NCBI GenBank assembly: GCA_019634625.1
Contig: JAHCBA010000002.1
Coordinates: 78,114-142,113 of the forward strand
Length of the DNA stretch: 64,000 bases
Reading direction: 5' to 3'
Source: Verrucomicrobiia bacterium
GTDB lineage: Bacteria; Verrucomicrobiota; Verrucomicrobiia; Limisphaerales; CAIMTB01
Shown here: in pieces, positions 55,404 through 64,000 of the stretch
Layout of the letters: every line of letters begins with the position of its first letter
How positions within the stretch are numbered: position 1 is the first letter of the stretch
Program-made: the position numbers and the translations under genes
The notes under the pieces: generated by a model
Seen by the model: the letters and a program-made list of their open reading frames with translations, nothing else
Told to the model about the DNA's origin: nothing
Databases searched by the model: none

Positions 55404-55679
55404 ATGCCCAACACCAAGTCCGCCGAGAGATACGCCCGCTTGAGCGCCACCCGTCACGCGCGCAACAAGTCGGTCAAGTCCCGTCTTCACACCCTGGAGA
55501 GGAAGTACCGCACCCTGGTCACGTCCGGGCAGTCGGACGAGGCGAAGCTGGCCTTGCGCGAGGCAGTCTCGGCGCTCGACAAGGCGGCCAAGCGGGGCGT
55601 GATTCCGGCGGCCCGGGCCAGCCGGAAGAAGTCGCGCCTTGCCCTCCGCCTCGCCGCCCCGGCGACCGCCAAAGCTTAG
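55404..55679 (+). CDS. rpsT: 30S ribosomal protein S20
   Basis: MPNTKSAERYARLSATRHARNKSVKSRLHTLERKY...DKAAKRGVIP, 91 aa, embedded in the longer shadow ORF 54525..55679. Confidence 0.9.
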   Translation: MPNTKSAERYARLSATRHARNKSVKSRLHTLERKYRTLVTSGQSDEAKLALREAVSALDKAAKRGVIPAARASRKKSRLALRLAAPATAKA

Positions 55680-55818
55680 CCGTCCCAGGACCTGGTTCGG
55701 TTCCTACGCGTGGCTGTCGCTCCCGGCACCACGCTCGCCTGGGTCCGATTCGATCGGTTGGGGGGCTCCCGGTTCATCCTCCACCCTCCGCACTCGAACG
55801 GCTGGCAAACTGGCCTGG

Positions 55819-56868
55819 ATGTCTTCACGCTCGGACGTGCGCCCGAGCTTCCTCGATTTGCTGGATGCGACCGTCGGTCACCTGAAGCGCCTTCAGGCCG
55901 ACGGAATTCAGTTCATCCCAGTGGACCGGGCGCTACTCGATGCCCTGATCGGCCGCCCACCGCCGCGCTCGGCAGGCTCTCCCGGCCGGATGGCCCGTCC
56001 TGTCTCAAGTCCGGTGGCGTCGGTGACGCCGACGCCGGTGGCCCGGCCCACGCCCGCGCCCGCGCCTGGACCTGTCCGAACGCCCTTGTCGGTGGCACCG
56101 CGTCCGGCTCCAGCTCCGATCGCCCGGACGCCCACGCTGCCGGTGCCCGAGCCGGTCCGGCTGGAAGCCCCCGTCCGTCCTCCGGCTGCGGTGGAATCCC
56201 GGTCGTCGCTTCCTGGCGCGGACAAGGCCGCGGCCATGGAGGAACTGCGTCAACGGGCTGTGGTATGCGAACGGTGTTCACACCTGGCGCGATCGCGAAC
56301 GCAGGTCGTCTTCGGCGTGGGCCATCTGGATGCCGAGCTGATGTTTGTCGGAGAAGCGCCTGGGGCCGAGGAGGATCTGGCCGGGGAGCCGTTTGTCGGG
56401 CCGGCGGGGCAGGTGCTCACCCGGATCATCACGGCGATGGGGTATTCGCGGGACACGGTCTATATCGGGAACGTGCTGAAGTGCCGTCCGGATCTCCCGC
56501 CCGGCACCTCGACGGGCAACCGGGCGCCGCGGCCGGACGAGATGGAGACCTGCAAGCCCTACCTGCTGCGGCAGATTGAAATCATCCGGCCCAGGGTGCT
56601 GGTGGCGCTGGGGGCGACGGCGGTTCAGGGCCTGCTTGGGCTGACTTCGACGCTGGGATCGGTGCGTGGCCGGTGGCAGCAGTTCCAAGGGGTTCCGGTG
56701 ATGCCGACCTATCATCCCGCCTACCTGTTGCGGGCGGAGCGGGGCCCGGACCGGGGATTCCGGGAGAAGCGCAAGACTTGGGAAGACATGCTGCTGGTCC
56801 TGGAACGGCTGGGGCGCCCTATCACCGAGCGCATGCGGGGATTTTTCCTGAAGCCGCCCGGCGCATGA
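55819..56868 (+). CDS. Family-4 uracil-DNA glycosylase with a Pro-rich N-terminal extension
   Basis: [45 protein letters not shown] and [12 protein letters not shown] prefer the start at ATG 55819, which avoids overlap with rpsT. Confidence 0.85.
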   Translation: MSSRSDVRPSFLDLLDATVGHLKRLQADGIQFIPVDRALLDALIGRPPPRSAGSPGRMARPVSSPVASVTPTPVARPTPAPAPGPVRTPLSVAPRPAPAPIARTPTLPVPEPVRLEAPVRPPAAVESRSSLPGADKAAAMEELRQRAVVCERCSHLARSRTQVVFGVGHLDAELMFVGEAPGAEEDLAGEPFVGPAGQVLTRIITAMGYSRDTVYIGNVLKCRPDLPPGTSTGNRAPRPDEMETCKPYLLRQIEIIRPRVLVALGATAVQGLLGLTSTLGSVRGRWQQFQGVPVMPTYHPAYLLRAERGPDRGFREKRKTWEDMLLVLERLGRPITERMRGFFLKPPGA

Positions 56869-56911
56869 GATGTTTGGCAGAACGGGCGCGACCTGATTGA
56901 CTCCCCTTACG

Positions 56912-58222
56912 ATGAAGCTCTTGGTCATCGGCTCCGGTGGTCGGGAGCACGCCCTGGTGTGGAAGCTGGCGCAGTCGCCCCACGCCAAACGGATCTGGTG
57001 TGCCCCTGGAAACTCGGCGATGACGCTCGAACGCTGTGCCGGAACCGGACTGGCCCCGGAGTGCGTCCCGGTCGCGGCGGAGGATGTGGAGGGACTGGTC
57101 CAGTTCGCGTTGGAACAGCGCCCCGATCTCACGGTGGTGGGACCCGACAATCCGCTGGCGCTCGGGGTGGTGGATCGGTTTCAGCAGCACCGGCTCCGGA
57201 TCTGGGGTCCGAATCGCCGGGCGGCGCAGTTCGAATCCTCGAAGGCCTTCGCCCAGAACTTCATGGCGATGCACGGGATTCCCACGGCAGCGGCGGCGGT
57301 CTTCACCGACGCCCATGCGGCCAAGCGGTTTGCGGCCCGGCTGGAGGGGCGTTGTGCCATCAAGGCGGACGGTCTGGCCCTCGGCAAAGGGGTGGTGCTG
57401 GCGCAGGACCTGGCGCAGGCGGAGGAGGCCATCGACGACATGATGGTGCGACGGGTTTTTGGGGACGCGGGGGAACAGGTGGTGATCCAGGAATGGCTGG
57501 AGGGCACGGAGATTTCCCTGCACGCCTTGTGCGACGGGCATGTGGCGCGGCTCTTTCCGACCGCCCAGGACCACAAGCGGGCCCTGGACGGCGACCAGGG
57601 ACTCAACACCGGCGGGATGGGGACCTATTCCCCCGCGCCGTTCCTGACGGAGGACGAATTGCTCGGCGCGGCCCAGCATATTCTGGGGCCCTGGCAGCGC
57701 GGCTGCGCGGCGGAAGGCATCGATTTCCGGGGAGTGATCTTTCCCGGGGTCATGCTGACCCCACAAGGGCCCAAGGTCCTTGAGTTCAACGCCCGGCTCG
57801 GAGATCCCGAGACGCAGGTGTACCTCACCCGGCTCGAGAACGACCTGGTCGAGCTGCTGGACGCCTCGGTGAGCGGTTGCCTCAAGGACGTGCCCCTTCG
57901 CTGGTCCTCCCAGGCTTCGGTCTGCGTGGTGATGGCAGCGGAGGGTTATCCCCGGACCCCCCGGAAGGGCGACCCGATCTTCGGGCTGGAAAGCCTCGCC
58001 TCCCTCCCCAACGTCAAGGCGTTCCATGCCGGGACCACCTGGCGCGATCACGGCTGGTTCACCAATGGCGGGCGGGTCCTTGGGATCACCGCCTGGGCCC
58101 CGACGCTCGAGGAGGCTCAGGAAAGGGCCTATGCCGCGGTGGATCTGGTCCAGTTTGAAGGCGCCCATTACCGCCGCGACATCGGTGCCAAGGCCCTCGG
58201 TCACGGACCTGCCTGCGAATGA
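56912..58222 (+). CDS. purD: Phosphoribosylamine--glycine ligase
   Basis: MKLLVIGSGGREHALVWKLAQS, VLEFNARLGDPETQ and AGTTWRDHGWFTNGGRVLG. Confidence 0.95.
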   Translation: MKLLVIGSGGREHALVWKLAQSPHAKRIWCAPGNSAMTLERCAGTGLAPECVPVAAEDVEGLVQFALEQRPDLTVVGPDNPLALGVVDRFQQHRLRIWGPNRRAAQFESSKAFAQNFMAMHGIPTAAAAVFTDAHAAKRFAARLEGRCAIKADGLALGKGVVLAQDLAQAEEAIDDMMVRRVFGDAGEQVVIQEWLEGTEISLHALCDGHVARLFPTAQDHKRALDGDQGLNTGGMGTYSPAPFLTEDELLGAAQHILGPWQRGCAAEGIDFRGVIFPGVMLTPQGPKVLEFNARLGDPETQVYLTRLENDLVELLDASVSGCLKDVPLRWSSQASVCVVMAAEGYPRTPRKGDPIFGLESLASLPNVKAFHAGTTWRDHGWFTNGGRVLGITAWAPTLEEAQERAYAAVDLVQFEGAHYRRDIGAKALGHGPACE

Positions 58223-59244
58223 ATCCGCCGTTCGCCTTCGTTCTGCGCCCTTGGTTGATGGTGGTCGTCCTGTTCGGTGCCTTGCCGCTTCCGGCCGACA
58301 CCGCCGGTTCCTGGCCCCCGGTGGAGGTCCTTCGCGAATGGCTCGTCGGTGAAGCTCCCGACGAGTCCTGGCCGGATGCCGGCGACCTTGAACCCCACGC
58401 CTATCTGGATGCCCTGAGCCCGGCCGTCCTGATGGGCCCCCACCCGGAAGCGTTGGGTCCCGCGGTCTCCAGGGTCGCCGTGTACCCCACCGATCACGGG
58501 TACATCCGGGTGGCGCGCGTGGACGAGTCCCTGCCGCTGGCCATGGCGGACGCCCTCGACTCCCTGGCACGTTCGAATGCCTGGTCAGGGTTGGTGCTTG
58601 ATCTGCGCTTCGCCCATGGCAACGACTTCCTGGCGGCGACCGCCGTTGCCGCCCAGGTGGCTAACCGTTCCGGGGTGGCCCTGACTGTGGGAGAGCGCCG
58701 CCTGCCGATCGAACCCCGCGCCCCGGAGGGACTGGCGGTCGTCCTGGTGCTCGTCAACGGTTCGACCCGTGGCGCGGCGGAGGCTTTGGCGGCCGGCGTT
58801 CGACGCAGCGCCCGGATGTCGCTCATCCTTGGCCAGACCACCGCCGGTCAGGCCAGGGAGTACCGGGAAGCCTCGGTTCCGGAAGGGGGCCGGGTGCGCC
58901 TGGGAGGCCCCCCTGCGCGCGTGGAGGGTGAAGACCCGCTTTCCCCGGAAGGACGGGTCCCGGACCTTGAAGTGGCGGTGTCGGAGCGGGACCAGGAGCT
59001 CTATTTCGAGGACGAATACCGGCGGGTGATGGGGGGAGTGCCGATCGCCTCCGGACCGACAACCACCCGCGTGAACGAAGCCGAACTGGTCCGGCGCCAG
59101 CGCGGCCTTCGGGCCTCCGTTCCAACCCAGGAATCTGAATTCGGGCGTCCGGTTCGGGATCCGGTGCTCGCCCGGGCCCTGGATCTCCTGGGCGGTATTG
59201 CCCGGGGGGCGGCAGGGCCCCCGGAGGGGGGTCTTTCGCGTTGA
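58219..59244 (+). CDS. S41-peptidase-like secreted protein (catalytic motif possibly degenerate)
   Basis: Signal-like [26 protein letters not shown] corresponds to the S41 DLRxNxGG block. [13 protein letters not shown] sits where S41 enzymes carry S-[SA]-A-E. ATGA overlap with purD. Confidence 0.55.
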   Translation: MNPPFAFVLRPWLMVVVLFGALPLPADTAGSWPPVEVLREWLVGEAPDESWPDAGDLEPHAYLDALSPAVLMGPHPEALGPAVSRVAVYPTDHGYIRVARVDESLPLAMADALDSLARSNAWSGLVLDLRFAHGNDFLAATAVAAQVANRSGVALTVGERRLPIEPRAPEGLAVVLVLVNGSTRGAAEALAAGVRRSARMSLILGQTTAGQAREYREASVPEGGRVRLGGPPARVEGEDPLSPEGRVPDLEVAVSERDQELYFEDEYRRVMGGVPIASGPTTTRVNEAELVRRQRGLRASVPTQESEFGRPVRDPVLARALDLLGGIARGAAGPPEGGLSR

Positions 59245-59287
59245 CGCCCATGACCCCGGCCAACAATTTGCGCCCGCCATCCTTGGC

Positions 59288-61450
59288 ATGAAGACCATCC
59301 TGTTCGTATGCACCGGGAACATCTGCCGCAGCCCCATGGCGGAGGGACTGTTCCGTCATTTGACCGCGCGGATGGGGGACAAGTACCGCACCCGCTCGGC
59401 CGGGGTGGGGGCTGCGGACGGCATGGCACCCAGCCCGCACTCGGTTCAGGTCCTGAAGGAACTGGGGATCGACATTTCCGGATTGCGAAGCCGGTCGCTG
59501 ACCGCCGAGATGGTCCGTGAGGCGGACCTTATCTTCGGGATGACCCACGGGCACGCCCATGCGGTGGCCCTGATGTACCCGCAGGCCGTCGAGAAGACGT
59601 TCGTTCTACGTGAGTTCGACGACACCCTGGACGCCTTCGAGAAGGACATCGCCGACCCGATCGGCGGTTCTTATGAGACCTACCTTCGGTGCCGGGATGA
59701 GATCGAGCAGGGGATTTTCAGCATGTTGAAGCACCTCGAACAGCAGGAAGGCGCCGCCCGTGAGGCGGGGAATCCGCCGGTCAAGACCATCGCCCTGGGC
59801 TCGGATCATGCCGGCTTCGAGTTGAAGGAATCCGTCAAGCGGCACCTCAGCTCGGGACCCTACAGCGTCGAGGATCTCGGCGCCCGCTCGCCCGAATCCG
59901 TGGATTATCCGGATTACGCCCAGCCCGTCGCCCAGGCGGTCGCCGAAGGACGCGCCGATCTTGGCATTCTGTTCTGCGGCACCGGGATCGGAGTGAGCAT
60001 TGCAGCCAACAAGGTGCCGGGCGTTCGCGCCGCCCTGTGCACCAGCGAGGAGATGGCCCGCCTCGCCAGGGCCCACAACGATGCCAACGTCCTCTGCCTG
60101 GGCGGTCGCGTCATCGGCGTGGACGTTGCCCGCTCGATCGTGGACACCTTCCTGCGCTCGTCGTTCGAGGAAGGGGGACGCCATGCCCGCCGGGTCGCCA
60201 AGCTCGAACACGCCCACACCGGGCTGTCGGCCACCGATCCGGACATCACCCGCGTCATCGCCTTCGAGCGCCGTCGGCAGGAGGAGAATATCGAGCTGAT
60301 CGCCAGCGAGAACTTCGCCAGCCGCGCGGTCATGGAAGCCCAGGGATCGGTCCTGACCAACAAGTATGCGGAAGGCTACCCTGGACGTCGGTGGTACGGG
60401 GGCTGCGAGCGGGTGGACGAGGCCGAACAACTGGCGATCGACCGGGCGCGCCTCCTCTTCGGCGCGGAGCATGCCAACGTCCAGCCCCACTCGGGATCCG
60501 GCGCCAACATGGCGGTCTACTTCGCCTTCCTGAAGCCCGGCGACAGGATGCTCACCATGGACCTGTCCCATGGGGGCCACCTGACCCACGGGAACAAGGC
60601 CAATTTCTCGGGGAAATTCTTCGATATTGTCCACTACGGCGTAAACCCGGCCTCGGAACGTCTCGACTACGACCGGCTGGCGGCTCTGGCCCGCGAACAT
60701 TCGCCGCGGATGATCACCGTCGGGGCCAGCGCCTACTCCCGCCAGATCGACTTCGCGGTCCTCGGCGAAATTGCCCGGGAGGTGGGCGCCCTGCTCCTGG
60801 CGGACATCGCCCACATTGCCGGTCTGGTGGCCACCGGGCTCCATCCCAGCCCGGTACCCCATGCGGATTTCGTCACCACCACCACCCACAAGACCCTCCG
60901 GGGACCCCGGGGCGGTCTCATTCTCTGCCGCGCCAAGTACGCCAAGGAAGTGGACTCATGCGTCTTTCCCGGGATCCAGGGCGGCCCGTTGATGCACGTC
61001 ATTGCCGCCAAGGCCGTGTGCTTCCATGAGGCGCTCCAACCCGAATTCAAGACCTACCAGGCCCAGATCGTCCGGAACGCCGCCGCGCTGGCGGACGGCA
61101 TGCTCCGCAACGGCTTCCGGCTCGTCTCCGGCGGCACTGACAATCACCTGATGCTGGTGGATGTGGGGTCCCGGGGGCTCTCCGGGAAGGACTGCCAGCT
61201 CGCCCTCGACGAGGCCGGCATCACCGTCAACAAGAACACCATCCCCAACGAGACCCGATCCCCGTTCCAAGCCAGCGGGATACGCCTCGGCACCCCGGCT
61301 GTCACCTCCCGCGGCATGAAGGAACCCGAGATGGCTGCCATCGCCGACATGATCAGCGAGGTCCTGATGGACATGAAGAACCCCGACACCCCGGCCCTCG
61401 TTCGCAGCCGGGTTCGAGAACTGACCAGCCGTTTCCCCCTGCCGGGTTAA
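59288..61450 (+). CDS. Single-ORF triple fusion: LMW protein phosphatase + ribose-5-phosphate isomerase B + serine hydroxymethyltransferase
   Basis: aa 1-150 carry [13 protein letters not shown] (CX5RS P-loop) and DPIGG. aa ~166-308 carry [23 protein letters not shown] and GGRHARRV (RpiB). aa ~313-720 carry [18 protein letters not shown] and [14 protein letters not shown] (SHMT PLP lysine). No stop codon, ATG or GTG occurs at either junction. Confidence 0.8.
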   Translation: MKTILFVCTGNICRSPMAEGLFRHLTARMGDKYRTRSAGVGAADGMAPSPHSVQVLKELGIDISGLRSRSLTAEMVREADLIFGMTHGHAHAVALMYPQAVEKTFVLREFDDTLDAFEKDIADPIGGSYETYLRCRDEIEQGIFSMLKHLEQQEGAAREAGNPPVKTIALGSDHAGFELKESVKRHLSSGPYSVEDLGARSPESVDYPDYAQPVAQAVAEGRADLGILFCGTGIGVSIAANKVPGVRAALCTSEEMARLARAHNDANVLCLGGRVIGVDVARSIVDTFLRSSFEEGGRHARRVAKLEHAHTGLSATDPDITRVIAFERRRQEENIELIASENFASRAVMEAQGSVLTNKYAEGYPGRRWYGGCERVDEAEQLAIDRARLLFGAEHANVQPHSGSGANMAVYFAFLKPGDRMLTMDLSHGGHLTHGNKANFSGKFFDIVHYGVNPASERLDYDRLAALAREHSPRMITVGASAYSRQIDFAVLGEIAREVGALLLADIAHIAGLVATGLHPSPVPHADFVTTTTHKTLRGPRGGLILCRAKYAKEVDSCVFPGIQGGPLMHVIAAKAVCFHEALQPEFKTYQAQIVRNAAALADGMLRNGFRLVSGGTDNHLMLVDVGSRGLSGKDCQLALDEAGITVNKNTIPNETRSPFQASGIRLGTPAVTSRGMKEPEMAAIADMISEVLMDMKNPDTPALVRSRVRELTSRFPLPG

Positions 61451-61601
61451 GCAAGTTCGCCAGGCGCCGAGAGGCGTCCCTCCCGGCGCCCCTCCCCATT
61501 TTCCAGGATGCGCGGCTTGGTGGTGGTTTGAGACCTGTCTCCAGCGGCGTGCTGGGCTTGTCCACCGGTCGCGGTGCCGGATACGGGCCAGATCCCGTGC
61601 C

Positions 61602-61760
61602 GTGCATCCCGAAGAGGTGGGGAGAGGTGCGAACTTCGCGAAGCGTCATCTCGGAGGGCCGAGTTCCACGAGGCCGCAACAGTGTGGAGCGTTGGGTTGA
61701 GGACTCGCAGAGCTCGTCCCTCCGATTCGCTGCCTCCTCACCCACAACTCCGGGATGCAC
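61602..61760 (+). mobile_element. Family-B element, full copy B5
   Basis: GTGCATCCCGAAGAGGTGGGGAGAGGTGCGAACTTCGCGAAGCG...CGGAGGGCCGAGTTCCACGAGGCCGCAACAGTGTGGAGCGTTGGGTTGAGGACTCGCAGAGCTCGTCCCTCCG...CCTCCTCACCCACAACTCCGGGATGCAC. ATCCCGTG lies on both sides (61592-61599 and 61764-61771). Confidence 0.7.
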
Positions 61761-61966
61761 CGTATCCCGTGTTTCGAAGAGAATTACCCTTGCGGTCCCG
61801 GGCGCGTTGGTATTTCTTGACGGCCTTGGCACGCTGACGTCGCCCGCTCTGGTTGGGTCCTGTCCCCTGATTTTTCCTAAGGGAGGTTTAGTCCCTCGCC
61901 GATTCAGCCTCTGGGACACGCTTTGCGTGAGACGTCCTCTCCTGCCACCATTCCCACCCACCGCCC

Positions 61967-63778
61967 ATGCCCAGACCCAAGAAGGCCCCCTCCTCTGGCG
62001 GCCCCGATGCCGCCCCCCCCCCGGAGCCAGGTTCCGCCCCCCCACGCCCGGCGCGCGGCCGGAAAAAGGCCGCCAAAGCGGCTGCGTCCGATGTCCCGCT
62101 GTTTCCTGCGGCGCCGGCTGTGGCCGCGCCTGCCGTGCCGGATTCCGCTCCTTCGCCGGTTGCGCCGGCCCCGCTCCCGTCCGCATCGCGCGTCGCCCCG
62201 CCTCCGACCGCAGCCGCCCCGGTGCCGTCTCCTCGTCCTGCGCCCGCACCTTCTCCGACCGCCGTCCCGCCGCGGGCGTCGCAACCGTTGCCTCCCGGTT
62301 CCTCGGCGCCCCCTTCCCCCCGTCCGGCATCGCCTCCGGCCCCGGCTGTCGCCCGTCCCGTTCCGCCTCCCGCCCACCAGGGCCCGGCCGGTCCGAAATC
62401 GCCCGCTCCCGCGCAGGGGTCGCTGCCCCTCCGTGAAGCCACTGCGGCTCCGCCCTCCGACGGCGCCGTGCCCAGGACCCCCCCGGCAGTCCAGGGACAG
62501 GAACTTCCCCGTGGCGAGACGATCAACATCGCGACCCTCCACGCGATGTCGATCACGGAGCTGAACGCCAAGGCCAAGGAGCTCGGTGTCGAGAACTTCG
62601 GCACCATGAAGAAGCACGAGCTGGTCTTCGCCATCCTCCAGAAGAACGCGGAGCGCCGGGGCATCCTCTTCGCCGAAGGCGTCCTGGAGGTCATGCCCGA
62701 AGGCTACGGCTTCCTCCGGTCCCCCAGCTTCAGCTACCTCGCGTGCCCGGAGGACGTGTACGTCTCGCCGTCGCAGATCCGTCGCTTCGATCTGCAGACG
62801 GGCGACCACATCGGGGGTCAGATCCGCCCCCCGAAGGAGAAGGAACGCTATTTTGCCCTGCTCAAGGTCGAGTCCGTCGGTCAGGAGGACCCCGATCTGG
62901 CCAAGGAAAAGACCCATTTCGAGAACCTCACACCCCTGTTCCCGACCAAGCGGATCCTTCTCGAGACGGAGACCGAGGAGGTCAGCTCGCGCGTGGTGGA
63001 CCTGGTCTGTCCCATCGGCAAAGGCACCCGCGGCCTCATCGTCGCCCCGCCCAGGACCGGCAAGACGGTCCTCATGCAAAAGCTGGCCAACGCGGTCCTG
63101 AAGAACAATCCGGAGGTGTACCTGATCATCCTCCTGATCGACGAGCGGCCGGAAGAGGTGACCGACATGGAACGGTCGTGCCGCGGCGCGGAGGTGGTGA
63201 GTTCGACCTTCGACGAACCCCCGGAGCGCCATGTCCAGGTGGCCGAGATGGTGATCGAGAAGGCCAAGCGCATGGTCGAGCACAAGAAGGACGTGATGAT
63301 CCTGCTCGACTCCATCACCCGCCTGGCCCGCGCCTACAACACCGTCCAGCCCCACTCGGGAAAGATCCTCTCCGGCGGCGTCGATGCGAATGCCCTCCAC
63401 AAGCCGAAACGGTTTTTCGGGGCCGCTCGCAACATCGAGGAGGGCGGCTCCCTGACGATCATGGCCACGGCCCTGGTGGACACCGGCAGCCGCATGGACG
63501 AAGTCATTTTCGAGGAGTTCAAGGGCACCGGCAATATGGAGGTCCATTTGGACCGGGCCCTGGTGGACCGCCGCATCTTCCCTTCGATCAACATCGAACG
63601 TTCCGGCACCCGCAAGGAGGAGCTGCTGTACCATCCGGACGAGTATCAGCGGGTCTCGGTGCTGCGTCGGGCGTTGGTCGGGGTGCCCCCCGTCGAGGCC
63701 ATGGAGCTGCTGCTCGGCAAGCTCAGGAAGACGCCGAACAACATCATGTTCCTCCTGAGCATGGCCATGAACTCCTGA
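61967..63778 (+). CDS. rho: Transcription termination factor Rho with a ~183-aa Pro/Ala-rich N-terminal extension
   Basis: Canonical part: [65 protein letters not shown] and SGTRKEELL. aa 1-183 are low-complexity P/A/S. Confidence 0.95.
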   Translation: MPRPKKAPSSGGPDAAPPPEPGSAPPRPARGRKKAAKAAASDVPLFPAAPAVAAPAVPDSAPSPVAPAPLPSASRVAPPPTAAAPVPSPRPAPAPSPTAVPPRASQPLPPGSSAPPSPRPASPPAPAVARPVPPPAHQGPAGPKSPAPAQGSLPLREATAAPPSDGAVPRTPPAVQGQELPRGETINIATLHAMSITELNAKAKELGVENFGTMKKHELVFAILQKNAERRGILFAEGVLEVMPEGYGFLRSPSFSYLACPEDVYVSPSQIRRFDLQTGDHIGGQIRPPKEKERYFALLKVESVGQEDPDLAKEKTHFENLTPLFPTKRILLETETEEVSSRVVDLVCPIGKGTRGLIVAPPRTGKTVLMQKLANAVLKNNPEVYLIILLIDERPEEVTDMERSCRGAEVVSSTFDEPPERHVQVAEMVIEKAKRMVEHKKDVMILLDSITRLARAYNTVQPHSGKILSGGVDANALHKPKRFFGAARNIEEGGSLTIMATALVDTGSRMDEVIFEEFKGTGNMEVHLDRALVDRRIFPSINIERSGTRKEELLYHPDEYQRVSVLRRALVGVPPVEAMELLLGKLRKTPNNIMFLLSMAMNS

Positions 63779-63795
63779 CTTTCCGCAGCGTTGCC

Positions 63796-63870
63796 TCGGA
63801 GGGCCGGGTTCCACGAGGCCGCGGGGGAGTGGTGCACGGGCGTGCGGACTCGCGAAGCTGTGGGGCTCGA
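63796..63870 (+). repeat. Degenerate family-B-related core
   Basis: CGGAGGGCCGGGTTCCACGAGGCCGC matches the inner left arm of family B. The remainder diverges and no outer arms are seen. Confidence 0.35.
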
Positions 63871-64000
63871 TATTGCCAGCGGGTGTTCGGAGCGCGGACA
63901 GCCTTGTCCGCGGGGTGCGGGTCGGAGGGGGGGAGTGCGGAAGGGCGGACAGGTGGGATCCGGCCAGGATTGGCACCGGGGGATCTGGGGCAACTCGTCG

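Noticed and set aside
55639-55818. The ORF-track start at 55639 for the uracil-DNA glycosylase.
   Set aside because: It would overlap the 3' end of rpsT by 41 nt and add a Pro/Arg-rich stretch. The in-frame ATG at 55819 ([15 protein letters not shown]) is preferred, though the true start remains uncertain.

Overview
This is a high-GC bacterial chromosomal segment. Its gene content points to Verrucomicrobiota, or possibly Planctomycetota: PEP-CTERM proteins, a prepilin-type H-X9-DG protein, a DUF1549/DUF1553 + DUF1501 pair, several TAT-signal Gfo/Idh/MocA oxidoreductases, and giant beta-helix/TSP3 surface proteins. I can support about 47 protein genes. I recognised no rRNA, tRNA or CRISPR array. 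Housekeeping genes are trpE, rpsT, purD, rho and a family-4 uracil-DNA glycosylase. Accessory content includes a GntR/ABC operon with two ~700-aa permeases and a ferritin-like + LodA-like quinoprotein oxidase + LodB-like flavoprotein operon. It also includes a membrane-anchored ECF sigma, a periplasmic sugar-oxidation cluster, a PQQ dehydrogenase and two giant secreted proteins. The points most worth a second look are these. (1) There are four type II toxin-antitoxin loci, and every PIN toxin gene is followed by an ~82-bp palindromic element (family A). One VapBC pair is bracketed by two copies, and one toxin has been deleted exactly at its start codon against a truncated copy. (2) A ~155-bp nested-hairpin MITE-like element (family B) occurs at least 5 times. 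(3) A ~0.4-kb duplicated antitoxin segment ends in heptanucleotide microsatellites of different composition, and a third locus has the same flank but a hexamer array. (4) Two AT-rich islands carry GTCAG(GC) iteron-like arrays, one containing a 164/170-bp tandem duplication. (5) A single ORF fuses an LMW phosphatase, RpiB and serine hydroxymethyltransferase. (6) A 1531-aa protein combines M4 and S41 protease domains and shares a ~100-aa C-terminal module with the neighbouring beta-helix protein. All calls come from reading the sequence and the supplied translations. No database search or folding program was run. Family names are recalled from motifs, and repeat boundaries are good to only a few nt.
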